In this document: piece by piece, positions 39,793-50,691 of the stretch | Layout of the letters: each line of letters opens with the position of its first letter | How positions within the stretch are numbered: position 1 is the stretch's first letter | Source of the DNA: Nitrosarchaeum sp. | Lineage (GTDB): Archaea; Thermoproteota; Nitrososphaeria; Nitrososphaerales; Nitrosopumilaceae | Direction: 5' to 3' | Assembly (NCBI GenBank): GCA_965223865.1 | Contig: OZ245020.1 | Span: forward strand, 512,001-576,000 | Length of the DNA stretch: 64,000 bases | The notes under the pieces: model-generated | The model's database searches: none | The model's input: the letters and a program-made list of their open reading frames with translations, nothing else | What the model was told of the DNA's origin: nothing | Translations under genes and position numbers: made by a program

Positions 39793-40287
39793 TTATTTCA
39801 CTATAATCACAGGACATTTGGCCTTGTGAATCACATAGTTTGAAACACTTCCAAGAACCATTTCCGTAGTAGGACCTTTGCCTCTTGAACCAATAACAAT
39901 AAAATCAATTTCGTTTTTGTTTAGATTTGAAAATTTTACAATATCGTAACCTGGATTTCCTTTAAGGATTTGGCTAGAAAATTTTGTTTTATTTTTTTCA
40001 CAAATCTCTTTTGCATTATTGATAATTTTCGTTCCATATTTGAGAACTTTTTTTTGGAATCCAATTGGTCTAAGTGATGATAAAGGTTGTAATATTTCAA
40101 TGAGAGGAAGTGATGAAATATCTTTTGGAATCACATAAATTCCAACAATTTGTGAATCTGTGAATTTAGCTAGGTTTATAGCTTCTCTTAAAGCACGTAA
40201 AGAATTTCTTGATCCATCAAGTGGGACTAAAATTTTTTTAATTGATTTTTTAGAAATTTCTTTTTTTGTATGTTTTTTTCTAATCAA
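39793..40287 (-). CDS. universal stress protein
   Basis: ILVPLDGS, IVIGSRG, LGSVS. Confidence 0.9.
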   Translation of the reverse strand: MIRKKHTKKEISKKSIKKILVPLDGSRNSLRALREAINLAKFTDSQIVGIYVIPKDISSLPLIEILQPLSSLRPIGFQKKVLKYGTKIINNAKEICEKNKTKFSSQILKGNPGYDIVKFSNLNKNEIDFIVIGSRGKGPTTEMVLGSVSNYVIHKAKCPVIIVK

Positions 40288-40313
40288 ATACTTTCCTCTT
40301 TAAAACATTAATG

Positions 40314-40829
40314 CTAAAATGTTTGCTGCATATCTTTTTTGATCTCATCAATTTTCTTCGAATATGCTTTCTTTGATTTATCATTCTTTTTTAAATTTAA
40401 AACATTACCACAAGACGGACACTTGAACATTCCTTCTAATGCATCCTCAAAGGTTACTCTTGGACAATCTTCATTTCCACAATGATAAAAATCGGAAGCA
40501 TTCTCATAATCCAATCGCTGTTGGAGTCTTTCGATGATTTTCTTTTTTTGGTTTTCAATAAAGTTTTCAACTTCCTCTCTTCTTGTTCTCCATCGATAAA
40601 CGAACCAACCTTTTCGTTCATCCTTAACCCTAATTCCTGTGATTAGGGATTTTCCAAAAAGATCATACAGTACCTTTCTCACCATGTTAATTCTCAATCC
40701 CGTAGAACTAGCAATTTCTTCATCAGTAGCGTCCTCTGCCTTCAAAAGTGATCTTGCTACTTTGAGGTATTCATCACCCCCAATCATGGAGGCTATTCGA
40801 ACAAAAGGATCTTCGTATTTGTCTACCAA
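40314..40829 (-). CDS. tfe: transcription factor E (TFE alpha)
   Basis: TDEEIA, VRKVLYDL, GWFVYRW, Zn ribbon FKCPSCG. Confidence 0.92.
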   Translation of the reverse strand: MVDKYEDPFVRIASMIGGDEYLKVARSLLKAEDATDEEIASSTGLRINMVRKVLYDLFGKSLITGIRVKDERKGWFVYRWRTRREEVENFIENQKKKIIERLQQRLDYENASDFYHCGNEDCPRVTFEDALEGMFKCPSCGNVLNLKKNDKSKKAYSKKIDEIKKDMQQTF

Positions 40830-40855
40830 CTCTAATGACTCCTAATTTTCTACTA

Positions 40856-41389
40856 TTAATCCCTTGTTTCCTCTACCTGAACATTTTTTCCTTTTTTTGC
40901 AGGTATTATCCTTCTTTTTCCACCAAAAAATTTCCTTTCAAATTGTTGTCCTCTCTGAATTCTGTCTAAAAGTATTGCTAAGGCACTAATTTCTGAATGT
41001 GGCTGACTACCAATTCCAACATTATAATCAGCTAGTTCATAAATTTCCCTTGGCACTTTTTCAGCACCTACTACAATAAGCAAATTCTCTTCTTTTTCAA
41101 TTTTTTTTTGTGTCTCATTGATATTTTCTCCGTACATTGTAAGATGAACAATTTTGTAGTTATCGTTTTTTTTCTTTTTAATAATGGATTTCCAATTATC
41201 AATAAACTCAACAACAAAATTTCCTCCCCATGTTGTGTTTATTTTTTTTAAGGTCTCTTTTATTTCTGGATTAACTTTAGTCATGAATATTTTTGATGCT
41301 CCAAAGGCACGAGAAACTAAGGCAACATGTGTTGTTACTCTATCATCTCTAATTACTCTTTGACCAATTCTTACAACCTCAATTACCAT
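40856..41389 (-). CDS. tRNA (cytidine56-2'-O)-methyltransferase
   Basis: [35 protein letters not shown]. Confidence 0.9.
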   Translation of the reverse strand: MVIEVVRIGQRVIRDDRVTTHVALVSRAFGASKIFMTKVNPEIKETLKKINTTWGGNFVVEFIDNWKSIIKKKKNDNYKIVHLTMYGENINETQKKIEKEENLLIVVGAEKVPREIYELADYNVGIGSQPHSEISALAILLDRIQRGQQFERKFFGGKRRIIPAKKGKNVQVEETRD

Positions 41390-42482
41390 ATGTAATTTCC
41401 TTTTTGAATTGAGATAATTTTTGATTTCCTATGATGTTTCTGATAAGTTTTTTGAGATTATTTACATTTTCTCCTGTTTTTGAAGAAACAGTAATTCTTT
41501 TTCTGTTATCTTTTAAGTTAAGAATTTCAATTTTTTCATCTATTTGCTCTTTTGATAATAAATCTGATTTATTGAAAGTAAAAATTATTCTATCTCTTTC
41601 AACTCCTAGATCACTTAATGTTCTCATACAACTCTTAAATTTTTTTTTCAAATCAAAAATAGAATCACTTATGTCAACTACAAGAATGATTATGTCCGTA
41701 TGAATCATTTCTTCTAATGTAGACTTGAATGCATCAATCATGTAGGCTGGAAGTTTACTGATAAATCCTACCGTGTCGGCAATCAAAAACGGTTCACGGT
41801 TTATAGTTACTCTTCTAGTAGTAGTCGAAAGAGTGGTGAATAATTCCTGGCTTTGTTCCCGTGATTCACCTGTCATTTTATTAAATAATGTGGTCTTACC
41901 AGCAGAAGTATATCCTGCAAGTGAAATTGTTTTAAATCCAAGTCTTTTTCTTCCTTGACGGTGTAATTCTCTTTGTTTTCCAGCTTTTTCTAGTTTTGAT
42001 CTAATTGTTTGCATTCTATGCTTGATATCATTATAGTAAACATCTACCTCAAATTTTCCTATCCCCATAAATCCTGGTTGTTCTCCCATGCTTGAAAGAC
42101 GAACTTTTTCTTTTGCTCTTGCCATCTCATATCTTAATTGAGCGAGTTTCACTTGGAGTTTGGATTCAGCACTAGATGCCCTACTTTCAAAGATTTCAAG
42201 AATCAATGCTTCTCTATCTAAAATTTCCCTATGAAGAATAGAAGCCAAATTGTAATTTTGACTTGGTTTTAGGATCTCATCAAAAATTATGACATCCGGT
42301 CTTAATCGCTCAGTAATTTCCTCTAATTTTTCTAAAATCCCACCACCAATTCCATATTTTGGCTTTTTGAGAAAATTTTGCTTGACCATATGTACAATTT
42401 CATATCCTGCAGCGTCACATAGTCCAGTAGCTTCTGTCACGGCATCCTCTTTATCATATGTAATTAAAATTGCAGATTTCAT
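41379..42482 (-). CDS. hflX: GTPase HflX
   Basis: [33 protein letters not shown]. Confidence 0.93.
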   Translation of the reverse strand: MKSAILITYDKEDAVTEATGLCDAAGYEIVHMVKQNFLKKPKYGIGGGILEKLEEITERLRPDVIIFDEILKPSQNYNLASILHREILDREALILEIFESRASSAESKLQVKLAQLRYEMARAKEKVRLSSMGEQPGFMGIGKFEVDVYYNDIKHRMQTIRSKLEKAGKQRELHRQGRKRLGFKTISLAGYTSAGKTTLFNKMTGESREQSQELFTTLSTTTRRVTINREPFLIADTVGFISKLPAYMIDAFKSTLEEMIHTDIIILVVDISDSIFDLKKKFKSCMRTLSDLGVERDRIIFTFNKSDLLSKEQIDEKIEILNLKDNRKRITVSSKTGENVNNLKKLIRNIIGNQKLSQFKKEITYGN

Positions 42483-42540
42483 TCTCAATATTTTCTCAAA
42501 ATTCACTCAAGTTTAAACTTCTGCCCTTAAAATGAAAAAT

Positions 42541-43587
42541 TTAGCTAGTTTTCTTCAAAGCCTTTTCAATGTTCATATTTAAAACAATTTCCGCAATGTC
42601 ACTTGCATACTCTGCAATTCTTCGAATATTTTCAGCAATTCTTCTGATTCTGTAAATCTCTTCATCGTCTTTAAGTGATTTTAAAGCATCTCTTATCTTT
42701 TTTTCATATTTTGAAATTAAGCTAGTTTTCTTAATTGTTTTTTCTGCTTGAGCATAATCTTCTTTGAATAAAGAAAGACAAGATTCATCTAAAACTGAAA
42801 GTGAGAATTCACTCATTTCTTGAATTTTATCTATAATTTCTTTTTTAATAGGTTTTTTAAATTCTATAATGTCTTTTGCAACAAATGCTGCATGATCTCC
42901 AGTCCTTTCAATATTTTTTACAACAAGTCTATATCCCAAACAATTCCTTACATTTCTGAAACCCATTTCTTTTAACATATGTTCATTTTGAATTGCTATC
43001 TTTAATTGACGAATAATGTAAAAACCAAATCTGTCTACTTCGTCATCGGTATTGATTACTTCCTCAGCCAGATCCAAATTATTTTCCTTAACTGCAAGAA
43101 TAGCATCGCTTGTCATAGATTTTGCCAGATGAATCATTCTCTTAAATGCGCCATCTACTGACAACTCTAACAAATTCACTAAAACCTGTACTGTTATTCC
43201 TCCACTGGAATCTGAAATGATTTCAGAACCCATAAGCATTCTTTTTACAGCTTCTTTTACAGTATTACGTTGGTTTGGACTTAATCTCCCGGTTTTGGGT
43301 TTAACATTAATTGTTTTGAATCCTAAAAAATACAGTGAAATTAATTTTCTAACAATTGAAGATGCCTCTTCTTCAATATCTATCTCTACTGTAGCATCTT
43401 CTTTTTTCTGAATACGAATTTCAACTTTTGGTGGATATAATTCTAGTGTGGATGATCCTTTCCTGATCATCCTAATTTGATCACCTTGTTTTAATCCAAG
43501 ATCTGTAATCCATTGTTTTGGCAAAGAAATAATATATGATGATTTACCTGTAAATTGAATTTTCCTGGTTTCTTCTCTTTCTTCCAT
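42541..43587 (-). CDS. AbrB/PhoU-domain phosphate uptake regulator
   Basis: RKIQFTGKSSYIISLPKQW; DDEVDRF; IERTGDHA. Confidence 0.9.
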   Translation of the reverse strand: MEEREETRKIQFTGKSSYIISLPKQWITDLGLKQGDQIRMIRKGSSTLELYPPKVEIRIQKKEDATVEIDIEEEASSIVRKLISLYFLGFKTINVKPKTGRLSPNQRNTVKEAVKRMLMGSEIISDSSGGITVQVLVNLLELSVDGAFKRMIHLAKSMTSDAILAVKENNLDLAEEVINTDDEVDRFGFYIIRQLKIAIQNEHMLKEMGFRNVRNCLGYRLVVKNIERTGDHAAFVAKDIIEFKKPIKKEIIDKIQEMSEFSLSVLDESCLSLFKEDYAQAEKTIKKTSLISKYEKKIRDALKSLKDDEEIYRIRRIAENIRRIAEYASDIAEIVLNMNIEKALKKTS

Positions 43588-43678
43588 AAACTAAAGATAA
43601 AAATACTGTCTATATAGTTTAGGTTAGAAAATATATTCTAACATTGAACTAATATTTAGAAAAGATCGGACTATTGAT

Positions 43679-44152
43679 ATGGATCACCATCTAAAGTTAA
43701 AACATACAATTGATGCATTATTTGGAAATGGAGTATCGAAATATTTACCTAAAGATATCGAAATGACTTTTTCAAAAAAGAATGGAAGGCTCAAAACTGT
43801 TTCTCATCACGGAAAATTATTATGCACATTGAGAATTGATGGTGGTCTAGCAATCAGTCCCTATTTTGCACAGATGTTATTAAAAAGCAAAAAATTCAAA
43901 GAAAATTGTTTGGAAGTAAATCAAGAGGCAGCCCCCTTTATTGAGGAAGGAAGGTCAGTATTTTGTAAACATGTTGTTTGGTGTGGCAAAAATCTTCAAA
44001 TTTCATCTGATACACCAGTATTATTCCAAGATAAAGTAATTGCAGTGGGTAAATCTGTATTATCTTCAGAAATGATTTCTGATTTTGATAGAGGATTAGC
44101 AGTTAAAATCAGAGATAGTTTAAAAAGTCGTAAAGGAGAAATATTCTCATGA
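43679..44152 (+). CDS. PUA-domain RNA-binding protein (archaeosine TGT C-terminal-like)
   Basis: TLRIDGG, GRSVFCKHV, AVKIR. Confidence 0.8.
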   Translation: MDHHLKLKHTIDALFGNGVSKYLPKDIEMTFSKKNGRLKTVSHHGKLLCTLRIDGGLAISPYFAQMLLKSKKFKENCLEVNQEAAPFIEEGRSVFCKHVVWCGKNLQISSDTPVLFQDKVIAVGKSVLSSEMISDFDRGLAVKIRDSLKSRKGEIFS

Positions 44153-44490
44153 TGCGAGGCGGCAACCGTGAAATGCGAAGAATGATGGATAAAATGGGAT
44201 TAGATATGAAGGAGATCTCAAATGTCCAAGAGGTTATTATTAAGACTGACAAAAAGGAAATAATTGTTTCAAAACCCTCAGTAACTGAGATGAAAGCCAA
44301 GGACAATTCAATTTTTACAGTTACTGCGGATTCTTACGAGGAAAGAGAATTAGAAGTTCCTGTATTTTCAGAGGAAGATATCCAACTTGTTAGTCAACAA
44401 GCAGGAGTTGACGAAGAAAAGGCAAAAAATGCACTTGAGGAAGCAAAGGGCGATCTAGCACGAGCAATTTTACTTTTGACAACAGGATAA
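44149..44490 (+). CDS. nac: nascent polypeptide-associated complex protein
   Basis: MRRMMDKMG, EEDIQLV..QAGV, GDLARAIL. Confidence 0.92.
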   Translation: MMRGGNREMRRMMDKMGLDMKEISNVQEVIIKTDKKEIIVSKPSVTEMKAKDNSIFTVTADSYEERELEVPVFSEEDIQLVSQQAGVDEEKAKNALEEAKGDLARAILLLTTG

Positions 44491-44570
44491 ATGCTAGGCG
44501 ATCTGAATTTTATCAAAAATTTGTTAAAACTGAATGATTTAAGTAATGGATTTGAAGGATTAAAAATATA

Positions 44571-44906
44571 ATGAGCAGCATGGCTGAATCAAAGGTTACA
44601 GGTATTATTCAATCTCTGAGTGGACTAGAAAACGACTTGGACTCTCTTAATACCACTGTTGCCGATATGAAAAAACAGCTCTCTCTAAAAACCCAAACTG
44701 AAATTGATAAACTTCTTGAAAAAACTCGAGAAATGGCTACTAAAGAGGCTGAGATCATAATAAATGCCTCCAAGGACAAAGCTAATGCAGAATCTACAAG
44801 AATTACCCAAGAAGGAGAAACAAAATTGGCTGAAATTCAATCAAATATCGAGGCTAATTTTGATGAGGCAGTAAAGCATGTTGTGTTAACTGTTTTGAAG
44901 GCATAA
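44571..44906 (+). CDS. coiled-coil hypothetical protein (A-ATPase stalk subunit-like)
   Basis: all-helical E/K/A-rich sequence. Confidence 0.6.
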   Translation: MSSMAESKVTGIIQSLSGLENDLDSLNTTVADMKKQLSLKTQTEIDKLLEKTREMATKEAEIIINASKDKANAESTRITQEGETKLAEIQSNIEANFDEAVKHVVLTVLKA

Positions 44907-44948
44907 ACCTAAATCACACATTTCCTCTCTTATATTATCGAATCTTTA

Positions 44949-45590
44949 CTAAATACTCGTATTGGAATTGCAACTACTTACGGCAAACCATACTACAGAT
45001 TTGCAAATTTTCTGAAAATCCTTAATCTTTCCTTTGATTCAATTTTACCTGGGGAAATTCAGAATTATGATGGTCACCTAGTTTTAACAACCATTAAGGA
45101 AGCCCCAATTGAATGTAAAAAACCAATGCTTCATGAAGATATTTTTGAAAAACATCCTACTGTAATACGTGGATTGATGATGCAGAAACTAAATTTGGAA
45201 TTTAATCAGGAAGAATTAGTGATTGGGATTGATCCTGGACAACGAATTGGATTGTCAATATTTTATTATGACTACGAAATTGAGAGTTCATTTTACCCCT
45301 CAATAGAGGAATTAGTGACGCATATTATCCAAGTTCTAGGAGGTTTGAGGGCTAAACGCAAAATTGTCAAAGTAGGTGATGGAAACATGGATATTGCAAA
45401 AGAAATTAAAAATATGCTAAATCTGAAATTTTGTTCTTCTTTTGAATTCGAATTTGTTGATGAAAGAAAAACTAGCCTAAAAATTAAAAATTTTAATCAA
45501 AGGGGTAAACGCGACATGCTATCTGCAAAATATATTTCTCAAAGAGATGGTTATAGACACTCAATTTTGCCTCTATCAATTACTGGATAA
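44949..45590 (+). CDS. hypothetical protein with RNase H-like (YqgF-type) motifs; true start upstream of 45126
   Basis: IGIDPG, VGDG, VDE; frame open at least 59 codons upstream of the ATG. Confidence 0.65.
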   Translation, partial: LNTRIGIATTYGKPYYRFANFLKILNLSFDSILPGEIQNYDGHLVLTTIKEAPIECKKPMLHEDIFEKHPTVIRGLMMQKLNLEFNQEELVIGIDPGQRIGLSIFYYDYEIESSFYPSIEELVTHIIQVLGGLRAKRKIVKVGDGNMDIAKEIKNMLNLKFCSSFEFEFVDERKTSLKIKNFNQRGKRDMLSAKYISQRDGYRHSILPLSITG

Positions 45591-45901
45591 GCAGATAATT
45601 TTCGTTTATGGGGTATAGAATTTCTTGAAATAATTTATCTTTTTATGACAAAATTGTTTCTTTATTTTTTTTGAAATAATTGAAATTTTTATTAGAACAT
45701 TATTACATGAATTATTATTTTACTAAAAAATTTGAATTTTTATAAAACTATACATATTTATTGAAGATTTTTCCGTTTTCATTAAAACAAATAATACTGA
45801 TCGACTTTTTTATTATAATTTTTATACAAAATTTATAAAATTCATCAAAAAATTCTCGATCCATCCTTATATACTTATGAATTATATATAAAACTACAAA
45901 G

Positions 45902-46354
45902 ATGACTTGTAAAGGAATTTGCGTTAGATACAAGGCTCAAAAGCCAGTAGGAACCGGAAGATATGCTTCTGGACAACGTCGATGCCAAATTTGTGAAATA
46001 TTCATCAAATGGGAAGGTCTTTGGTGTCCATGCTGTGGATATAGACTACGAACAAAACCACGTAATCTCAAATACAAAGCAAAACTTCGCGCAAGAGTAG
46101 AAGCTGATTCAATTGAAGCAAAAGCTATTACTGAAACCCACGAAGTTGAAACTGAGGAATTAGCAGAGATTAAAGCAAAACCTAAAACAAAAACAACTAA
46201 AACAAAAACAACTAAAACCAAAGAAAAAACTCCATGCCAACATTGTAGCAAGCTGTTTGTAAATACTGACAAACATGAAAAGCGTTGCAAGAAAAATCCA
46301 AATGCTGAAGTTAAAGCCTCTCAAAATACTGAATCAATAGCAATAAAAGCATAA
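45902..46354 (+). CDS. Zn-finger hypothetical protein with Lys/Thr-rich linker
   Basis: CKGIC, CQIC, CPCCG, CQHC..H...C. Confidence 0.8.
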   Translation: MTCKGICVRYKAQKPVGTGRYASGQRRCQICEIFIKWEGLWCPCCGYRLRTKPRNLKYKAKLRARVEADSIEAKAITETHEVETEELAEIKAKPKTKTTKTKTTKTKEKTPCQHCSKLFVNTDKHEKRCKKNPNAEVKASQNTESIAIKA

Positions 46355-46368
46355 GATTTGTTCAAAAG

Positions 46369-46710
46369 TTGTTGAACTCTCCAAATGGGTTTTCTAAAAA
46401 AACTGTAAATTTGGAGAGTCGTAGTTTTTCTTTACGTATTCAAAAATTTGATAATGGATATTTTGTTTCTATATCTGAGGGAAATAATAAACTGGGTTCT
46501 ATGGTTATTTCATTAGCTACTGGCCCTACTCCTGTTACATCCACTATAATTCCATCCGTATATGAATCTCTTTTTCTAAAATTGACAGCTGAAAAAATTA
46601 GCACAAAAATAAGGGGCATTGCCATCGTATCTTCATTTACTCATAAAGAATTAGATTCTGATACTGCAAAGGCCTTAATGTCAGAAATCATGGAGATGAT
46701 TCAGAATTGA
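46369..46710 (+). CDS. hypothetical protein (proteasome chaperone PAC4-like)
   Basis: KLGSMVISL, beta-rich small domain. Confidence 0.55.
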   Translation: MLNSPNGFSKKTVNLESRSFSLRIQKFDNGYFVSISEGNNKLGSMVISLATGPTPVTSTIIPSVYESLFLKLTAEKISTKIRGIAIVSSFTHKELDSDTAKALMSEIMEMIQN

Positions 46711-48038
46711 CTGATTTAAGAAATTACTTATCACTTGTAAAAAAATTTTGTGAATTAAAAACCGTAAAAAAACCTGTTTCTACTAAATATGAAATTGCTG
46801 GAATTACAGCAAAACTCGACGGTTCTTATGCCATTTTATTTGAGAATATCAAAAAAAGTAATTTTAATCTAGTATCAAATTTAGTAGGTACAAGAAAAAG
46901 ATTTGCACTTGCGGTTAATAGTTCTGAAGATAATATACATCAGAATATAATCAAATCAATCAAACACGCAAAAAAACCCAAAGTTATCTCTTCGGGTAAA
47001 TTCATGGAAAACAAATCTAGAGATTTATCTATTCTTCCTATAGTAACTCACTTTGAAAAAGAATCAGGTCCTTTCATTACTTCTTCAATTGCATATGCAA
47101 AAAATCCAGAAACTGGAAAACAGAACTCCTCCTTTCATAGATTGATGCCTATAGATAAAACTCATTTTTCCATTAGAATGGTTGAAGGAAGACATTTGCA
47201 CAGATGTTTTGTGAATGCAAAAGAGCATGGGGAAGATCTAAAGATTGCTATAACTGTAGGTGTACATCCTGCAGTATCCATAGCAGGAGCATATCAAGCT
47301 GAATGGGGCAAGGATGAAATTGATATTGCAAATTCCATTTTAAGAAGAAACCTTACTCTCGCAAAACTTCCTTTTTCAGGATTGAATGTACCATCTGGTG
47401 CAGAAATTGTTATGGAGGGAAAAATTCTTCGTGATAAAAACCACCCTGAATGGATGGTAGAAATGCTTCAAACATATGATCATCATCGTTCTCAACCAGT
47501 CTTTGAATTAGAAAATCTTTTTTTTAGAAATAATCCTATTTATCATGATGTATTATCTGGTTTTTCAGAACATAGATTATTGATGGGAATGCCCATAGAA
47601 TCTAAATTAAACGGGGAATTGAAAAAAGCATTTTCACAAACAATTCAAGCATCAATGACTAATGGGGGTTGCAATTGGTTGCATGCTGTAGTACAGATAA
47701 AAAAGAAAACAGAGTCTGATGTAAAAAAAATTATCAAAAAAACATTTGAATCCCATCGCTCACTTAAACAAGTTACCGTTGTAGATGAGGATATAGATCC
47801 AAATAATGCCGAATCAGTTGAGTATGCTTTGGCAACAAGATTCCAAGCTGATAAAGATCTAATAATCTTGAAAAAGGTTAGAGGTTCCAGCTTGGATCCA
47901 TCTAGCGATCAAAAAAATCTAAAAACTGCAAAAATTGGCATCGACGCTACAAGATCTTTATCTAAGAGACCTGAGGGATTTGAATTAGCAAAAATTCCTA
48001 ATATTGATAAAATACAATTAAAAAATTACTTCAAATAG
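46707..48038 (+). CDS. UbiD-family prFMN-dependent decarboxylase
   Basis: GPFITS, SFHR, EIVMEG, VVDEDID, GSSLDPS, KIGIDAT. Confidence 0.9.
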   Translation: MTDLRNYLSLVKKFCELKTVKKPVSTKYEIAGITAKLDGSYAILFENIKKSNFNLVSNLVGTRKRFALAVNSSEDNIHQNIIKSIKHAKKPKVISSGKFMENKSRDLSILPIVTHFEKESGPFITSSIAYAKNPETGKQNSSFHRLMPIDKTHFSIRMVEGRHLHRCFVNAKEHGEDLKIAITVGVHPAVSIAGAYQAEWGKDEIDIANSILRRNLTLAKLPFSGLNVPSGAEIVMEGKILRDKNHPEWMVEMLQTYDHHRSQPVFELENLFFRNNPIYHDVLSGFSEHRLLMGMPIESKLNGELKKAFSQTIQASMTNGGCNWLHAVVQIKKKTESDVKKIIKKTFESHRSLKQVTVVDEDIDPNNAESVEYALATRFQADKDLIILKKVRGSSLDPSSDQKNLKTAKIGIDATRSLSKRPEGFELAKIPNIDKIQLKNYFK

Positions 48039-48091
48039 AAAAAATCTCCAAAAAATGATTAAATTAATGGGATGATTTCTAAACAATTAGA

Positions 48092-48517
48092 TTGGAAAAC
48101 AAAACTGAAGATTATTTTAAACAATATCTAAAAAATGTAACAAATGAACAACTAAACCAGTTTTATGATGATGTAGAGTGGACTCCTTTTCCAGTTCTTG
48201 TGATAAAAGAGTACCAACGTAGATTTAATCAAAAAAACAAGAAAGAGGTTATTGAAAAATTAAAGATGCACGCTGAACTCGCCAAGGAAAAAACTAGAGA
48301 ATTACGTTCCAAGGCAAAAAATCGAAGTTCCAAGGTATCAAAAAAAATTCAAAATAAAAAAGAAAAATTATCTAAATCTATTAAGGACACCAATCGTTTT
48401 GCATCATCTGAAAAGAATCTTGCAATTTTAGAAAAATTAGGAGAATTAAATAAAAAAGGAATAATCACAAATAAAGAATTTCAAGATAAGAAAAAGGAAA
48501 TATTAAAACGAATTTAA
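48092..48517 (+). CDS. hypothetical protein with C-terminal SHOCT domain
   Basis: LEKLGELNKKGIITNKEFQDKKKEIL. Confidence 0.75.
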   Translation: MENKTEDYFKQYLKNVTNEQLNQFYDDVEWTPFPVLVIKEYQRRFNQKNKKEVIEKLKMHAELAKEKTRELRSKAKNRSSKVSKKIQNKKEKLSKSIKDTNRFASSEKNLAILEKLGELNKKGIITNKEFQDKKKEILKRI

Positions 48518-48518
48518 A

Positions 48519-49010
48519 ATGACATCAAAGATTTCTATAAAACCAAAGAAAAGTCCAGAGGAATCTCATGCAGAAGTAATAGTTAGAATGTTTCCTTCTG
48601 ATGCTAATCCTGCAGGAAATGTATTTGGGGGAGAGATTTTAAAACATATTGATATGGTTGCAGGAATAGTTGCTCAAAGACATTCTCAATCAAATGCAGT
48701 CACGGTTAGTATGGATAGTGTAAATTTTATCAAGCCTGTCTATGTTGGTAATGTTCTAAAACTCAATGCCAGAATAAACTATGTTCATAATTCCTCAATG
48801 GAGATTGAAGTAAAAGTTGAAGCTGAAGATATTGTCACAGGAATCCGCACAATTACTGGTACCGCATTTGTTACTTTTGTTGCATTAGAAAAAAAGGGAA
48901 AACCTACAACAGTCCCTAAATTAATGCTAAAAACAGACAAAGACCGAAAAAAATTTGAAGAAGGAAAATTAAGAATGCAAGAAAGATTGAAACATCGTCA
49001 AAAACCATAA
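48519..49010 (+). CDS. hotdog-fold acyl-CoA thioesterase
   Basis: DANPAGNVFGG, TVSMDSVNF, FVTFVAL. Confidence 0.9.
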   Translation: MTSKISIKPKKSPEESHAEVIVRMFPSDANPAGNVFGGEILKHIDMVAGIVAQRHSQSNAVTVSMDSVNFIKPVYVGNVLKLNARINYVHNSSMEIEVKVEAEDIVTGIRTITGTAFVTFVALEKKGKPTTVPKLMLKTDKDRKKFEEGKLRMQERLKHRQKP

Positions 49011-49061
49011 TTTTATCCTTAATAGATCAGTTTAAGAGTCACAAAAGTATTCAATAAGTCA

Positions 49062-49475
49062 ATGTCGGAAGAAGAAACAAATGAATGGGATTCCCTATGG
49101 CAAGAATATTCTAAATCTCTAGAAAACTGGAAAACACTTTTTGAACAAATTCAAAACGCAAGTAGTGATATGCAGAATAAATTTAATGAAGTTTGGGAAA
49201 AAGCAACAAAAGAATCAAGTTCGGAAACTATGAAATTATTTACAGAAAATTGGCAAAAGGCACTTGCTGATGCTGGAATGAAATCATATAAGGAATTTGG
49301 TGAATCTTGGCAAAAAACACTAAATGATTCTAGCGCCAACGCCTTCAAACAATTTGCAGAAAATTGGCAAAAAACTTTTAGTTCTTCAGGAATGGAGCAA
49401 ATGCAAGCTTATGGTGAAATAATGAAAAAATTTGCTGAAACTTGGAATTCAATGTGGCCAAAATCCCAATCTTAA
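49062..49475 (+). CDS. Trp-periodic helical protein (paralog of 53808-54293)
   Basis: repeats F.E.WQK. Confidence 0.7.
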   Translation: MSEEETNEWDSLWQEYSKSLENWKTLFEQIQNASSDMQNKFNEVWEKATKESSSETMKLFTENWQKALADAGMKSYKEFGESWQKTLNDSSANAFKQFAENWQKTFSSSGMEQMQAYGEIMKKFAETWNSMWPKSQS

Positions 49476-49481
49476 ACTGAA

Positions 49482-49703
49482 TTGAGAAAAAATCCTCTCA
49501 TTCTTTGTTCTTGTATTGGTTTAGAAATAATGACTTCTGTTGGTGTTACAACATATTTGTTATTTCTCAGAGAACCAATTTTGGCTCTTATTTCATCTAT
49601 TGTTTTTGCAAAAATAATCATTTTTCATTTTGTTATGGAATATTTCGACAAAAAGGTATCTTGTAATAAATTTCAAAAAAATTTTAACTGTGTGATAAAA
49701 TAA
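49482..49703 (+). CDS. small membrane protein
   Basis: two hydrophobic segments. Confidence 0.5.
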   Translation: MRKNPLILCSCIGLEIMTSVGVTTYLLFLREPILALISSIVFAKIIIFHFVMEYFDKKVSCNKFQKNFNCVIK

Positions 49704-49726
49704 AACAAAGTAAATTCTATTAAATT

Positions 49727-49924
49727 TTATCTTACTGAAGCACGCTTTTTAGTAACTTTTCGCGCTGATTTAGAAGGTCTTGTGGTTTTTAGTTTGGATT
49801 TATCCGTAGTCAAACTCTTGCCCTTTTTTTGAGCTTTACGTCTTGCTGCATTTCTTGTCTCTTCTTCTTTTTGTAATTTTTCTAGTTTCTCAGAACTGAT
49901 TTTGCGTGTTTTAACCGAAGTCAT
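49727..49924 (-). CDS. small basic protein
   Basis: K/R-rich 65 aa with ATG. Confidence 0.6.
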   Translation of the reverse strand: MTSVKTRKISSEKLEKLQKEEETRNAARRKAQKKGKSLTTDKSKLKTTRPSKSARKVTKKRASVR

Positions 49925-50014
49925 ATAATATAAAATAAAACAAGTGAAATTAATAAAATTTTATGGAAAAAATTTTGAAAGAATAAAAATAGCTTTTAAT
50001 CTAATAAGGCATTA

Positions 50015-50689
50015 ATGTTACAAAATCAATGCTTTATTGAATTACATATCTTTAATGATTTAGCAAGATTTGTTTGCGCTTTTAGAGAATATCCTCTTAG
50101 AGTTTTTTCTCACGATCTACATGGAACCAGAGTTTTATCTAGCAGATTATCCCTTTCAAATACTCTTCTCTTATTCTATGTCCCTATGACAAAATTTGGA
50201 AGATACATTTCTTATCAAGCATCTACTGGAAAAGAATACTGTGATGTTGTCGAATCAACTAAGAATATTTCTACATATGCACCAATTATTCATATGGAGT
50301 CCGAAATTTCACCACTTCCAATTAAATCCGAAAAAATATCTGATACGTTTCATCCCATTAGAGTAAAAGATATTGGAAGTTTAGCGAGACTTACCTATGA
50401 TCCTGAACTTCCAGATAAACCAAATCTTACATTATATGTAATTCCTCACAAAAATTCTTGGTTAATGGGGTATCTTACCTCATTAGAAATGGATAATGTT
50501 TACTATCAATTCAATTACGTTGAATTGAATTCAGAACCACTAAAACCATTTGTAAAATATAAAGGACATGAGGGAAAGGATCCAGAACTGTCTGACAACT
50601 TTGAACATGGTTTTTCTTATCTACCAATAATCAAAATAAAATCAGAACATGAAATTTTTGGATTTAATAGAACAACAAATAATCAATAA
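50015..50689 (+). CDS. hypothetical protein
   Basis: 224-aa ORF. Confidence 0.7.
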   Translation: MLQNQCFIELHIFNDLARFVCAFREYPLRVFSHDLHGTRVLSSRLSLSNTLLLFYVPMTKFGRYISYQASTGKEYCDVVESTKNISTYAPIIHMESEISPLPIKSEKISDTFHPIRVKDIGSLARLTYDPELPDKPNLTLYVIPHKNSWLMGYLTSLEMDNVYYQFNYVELNSEPLKPFVKYKGHEGKDPELSDNFEHGFSYLPIIKIKSEHEIFGFNRTTNNQ

Positions 50690-50691
50690 AT

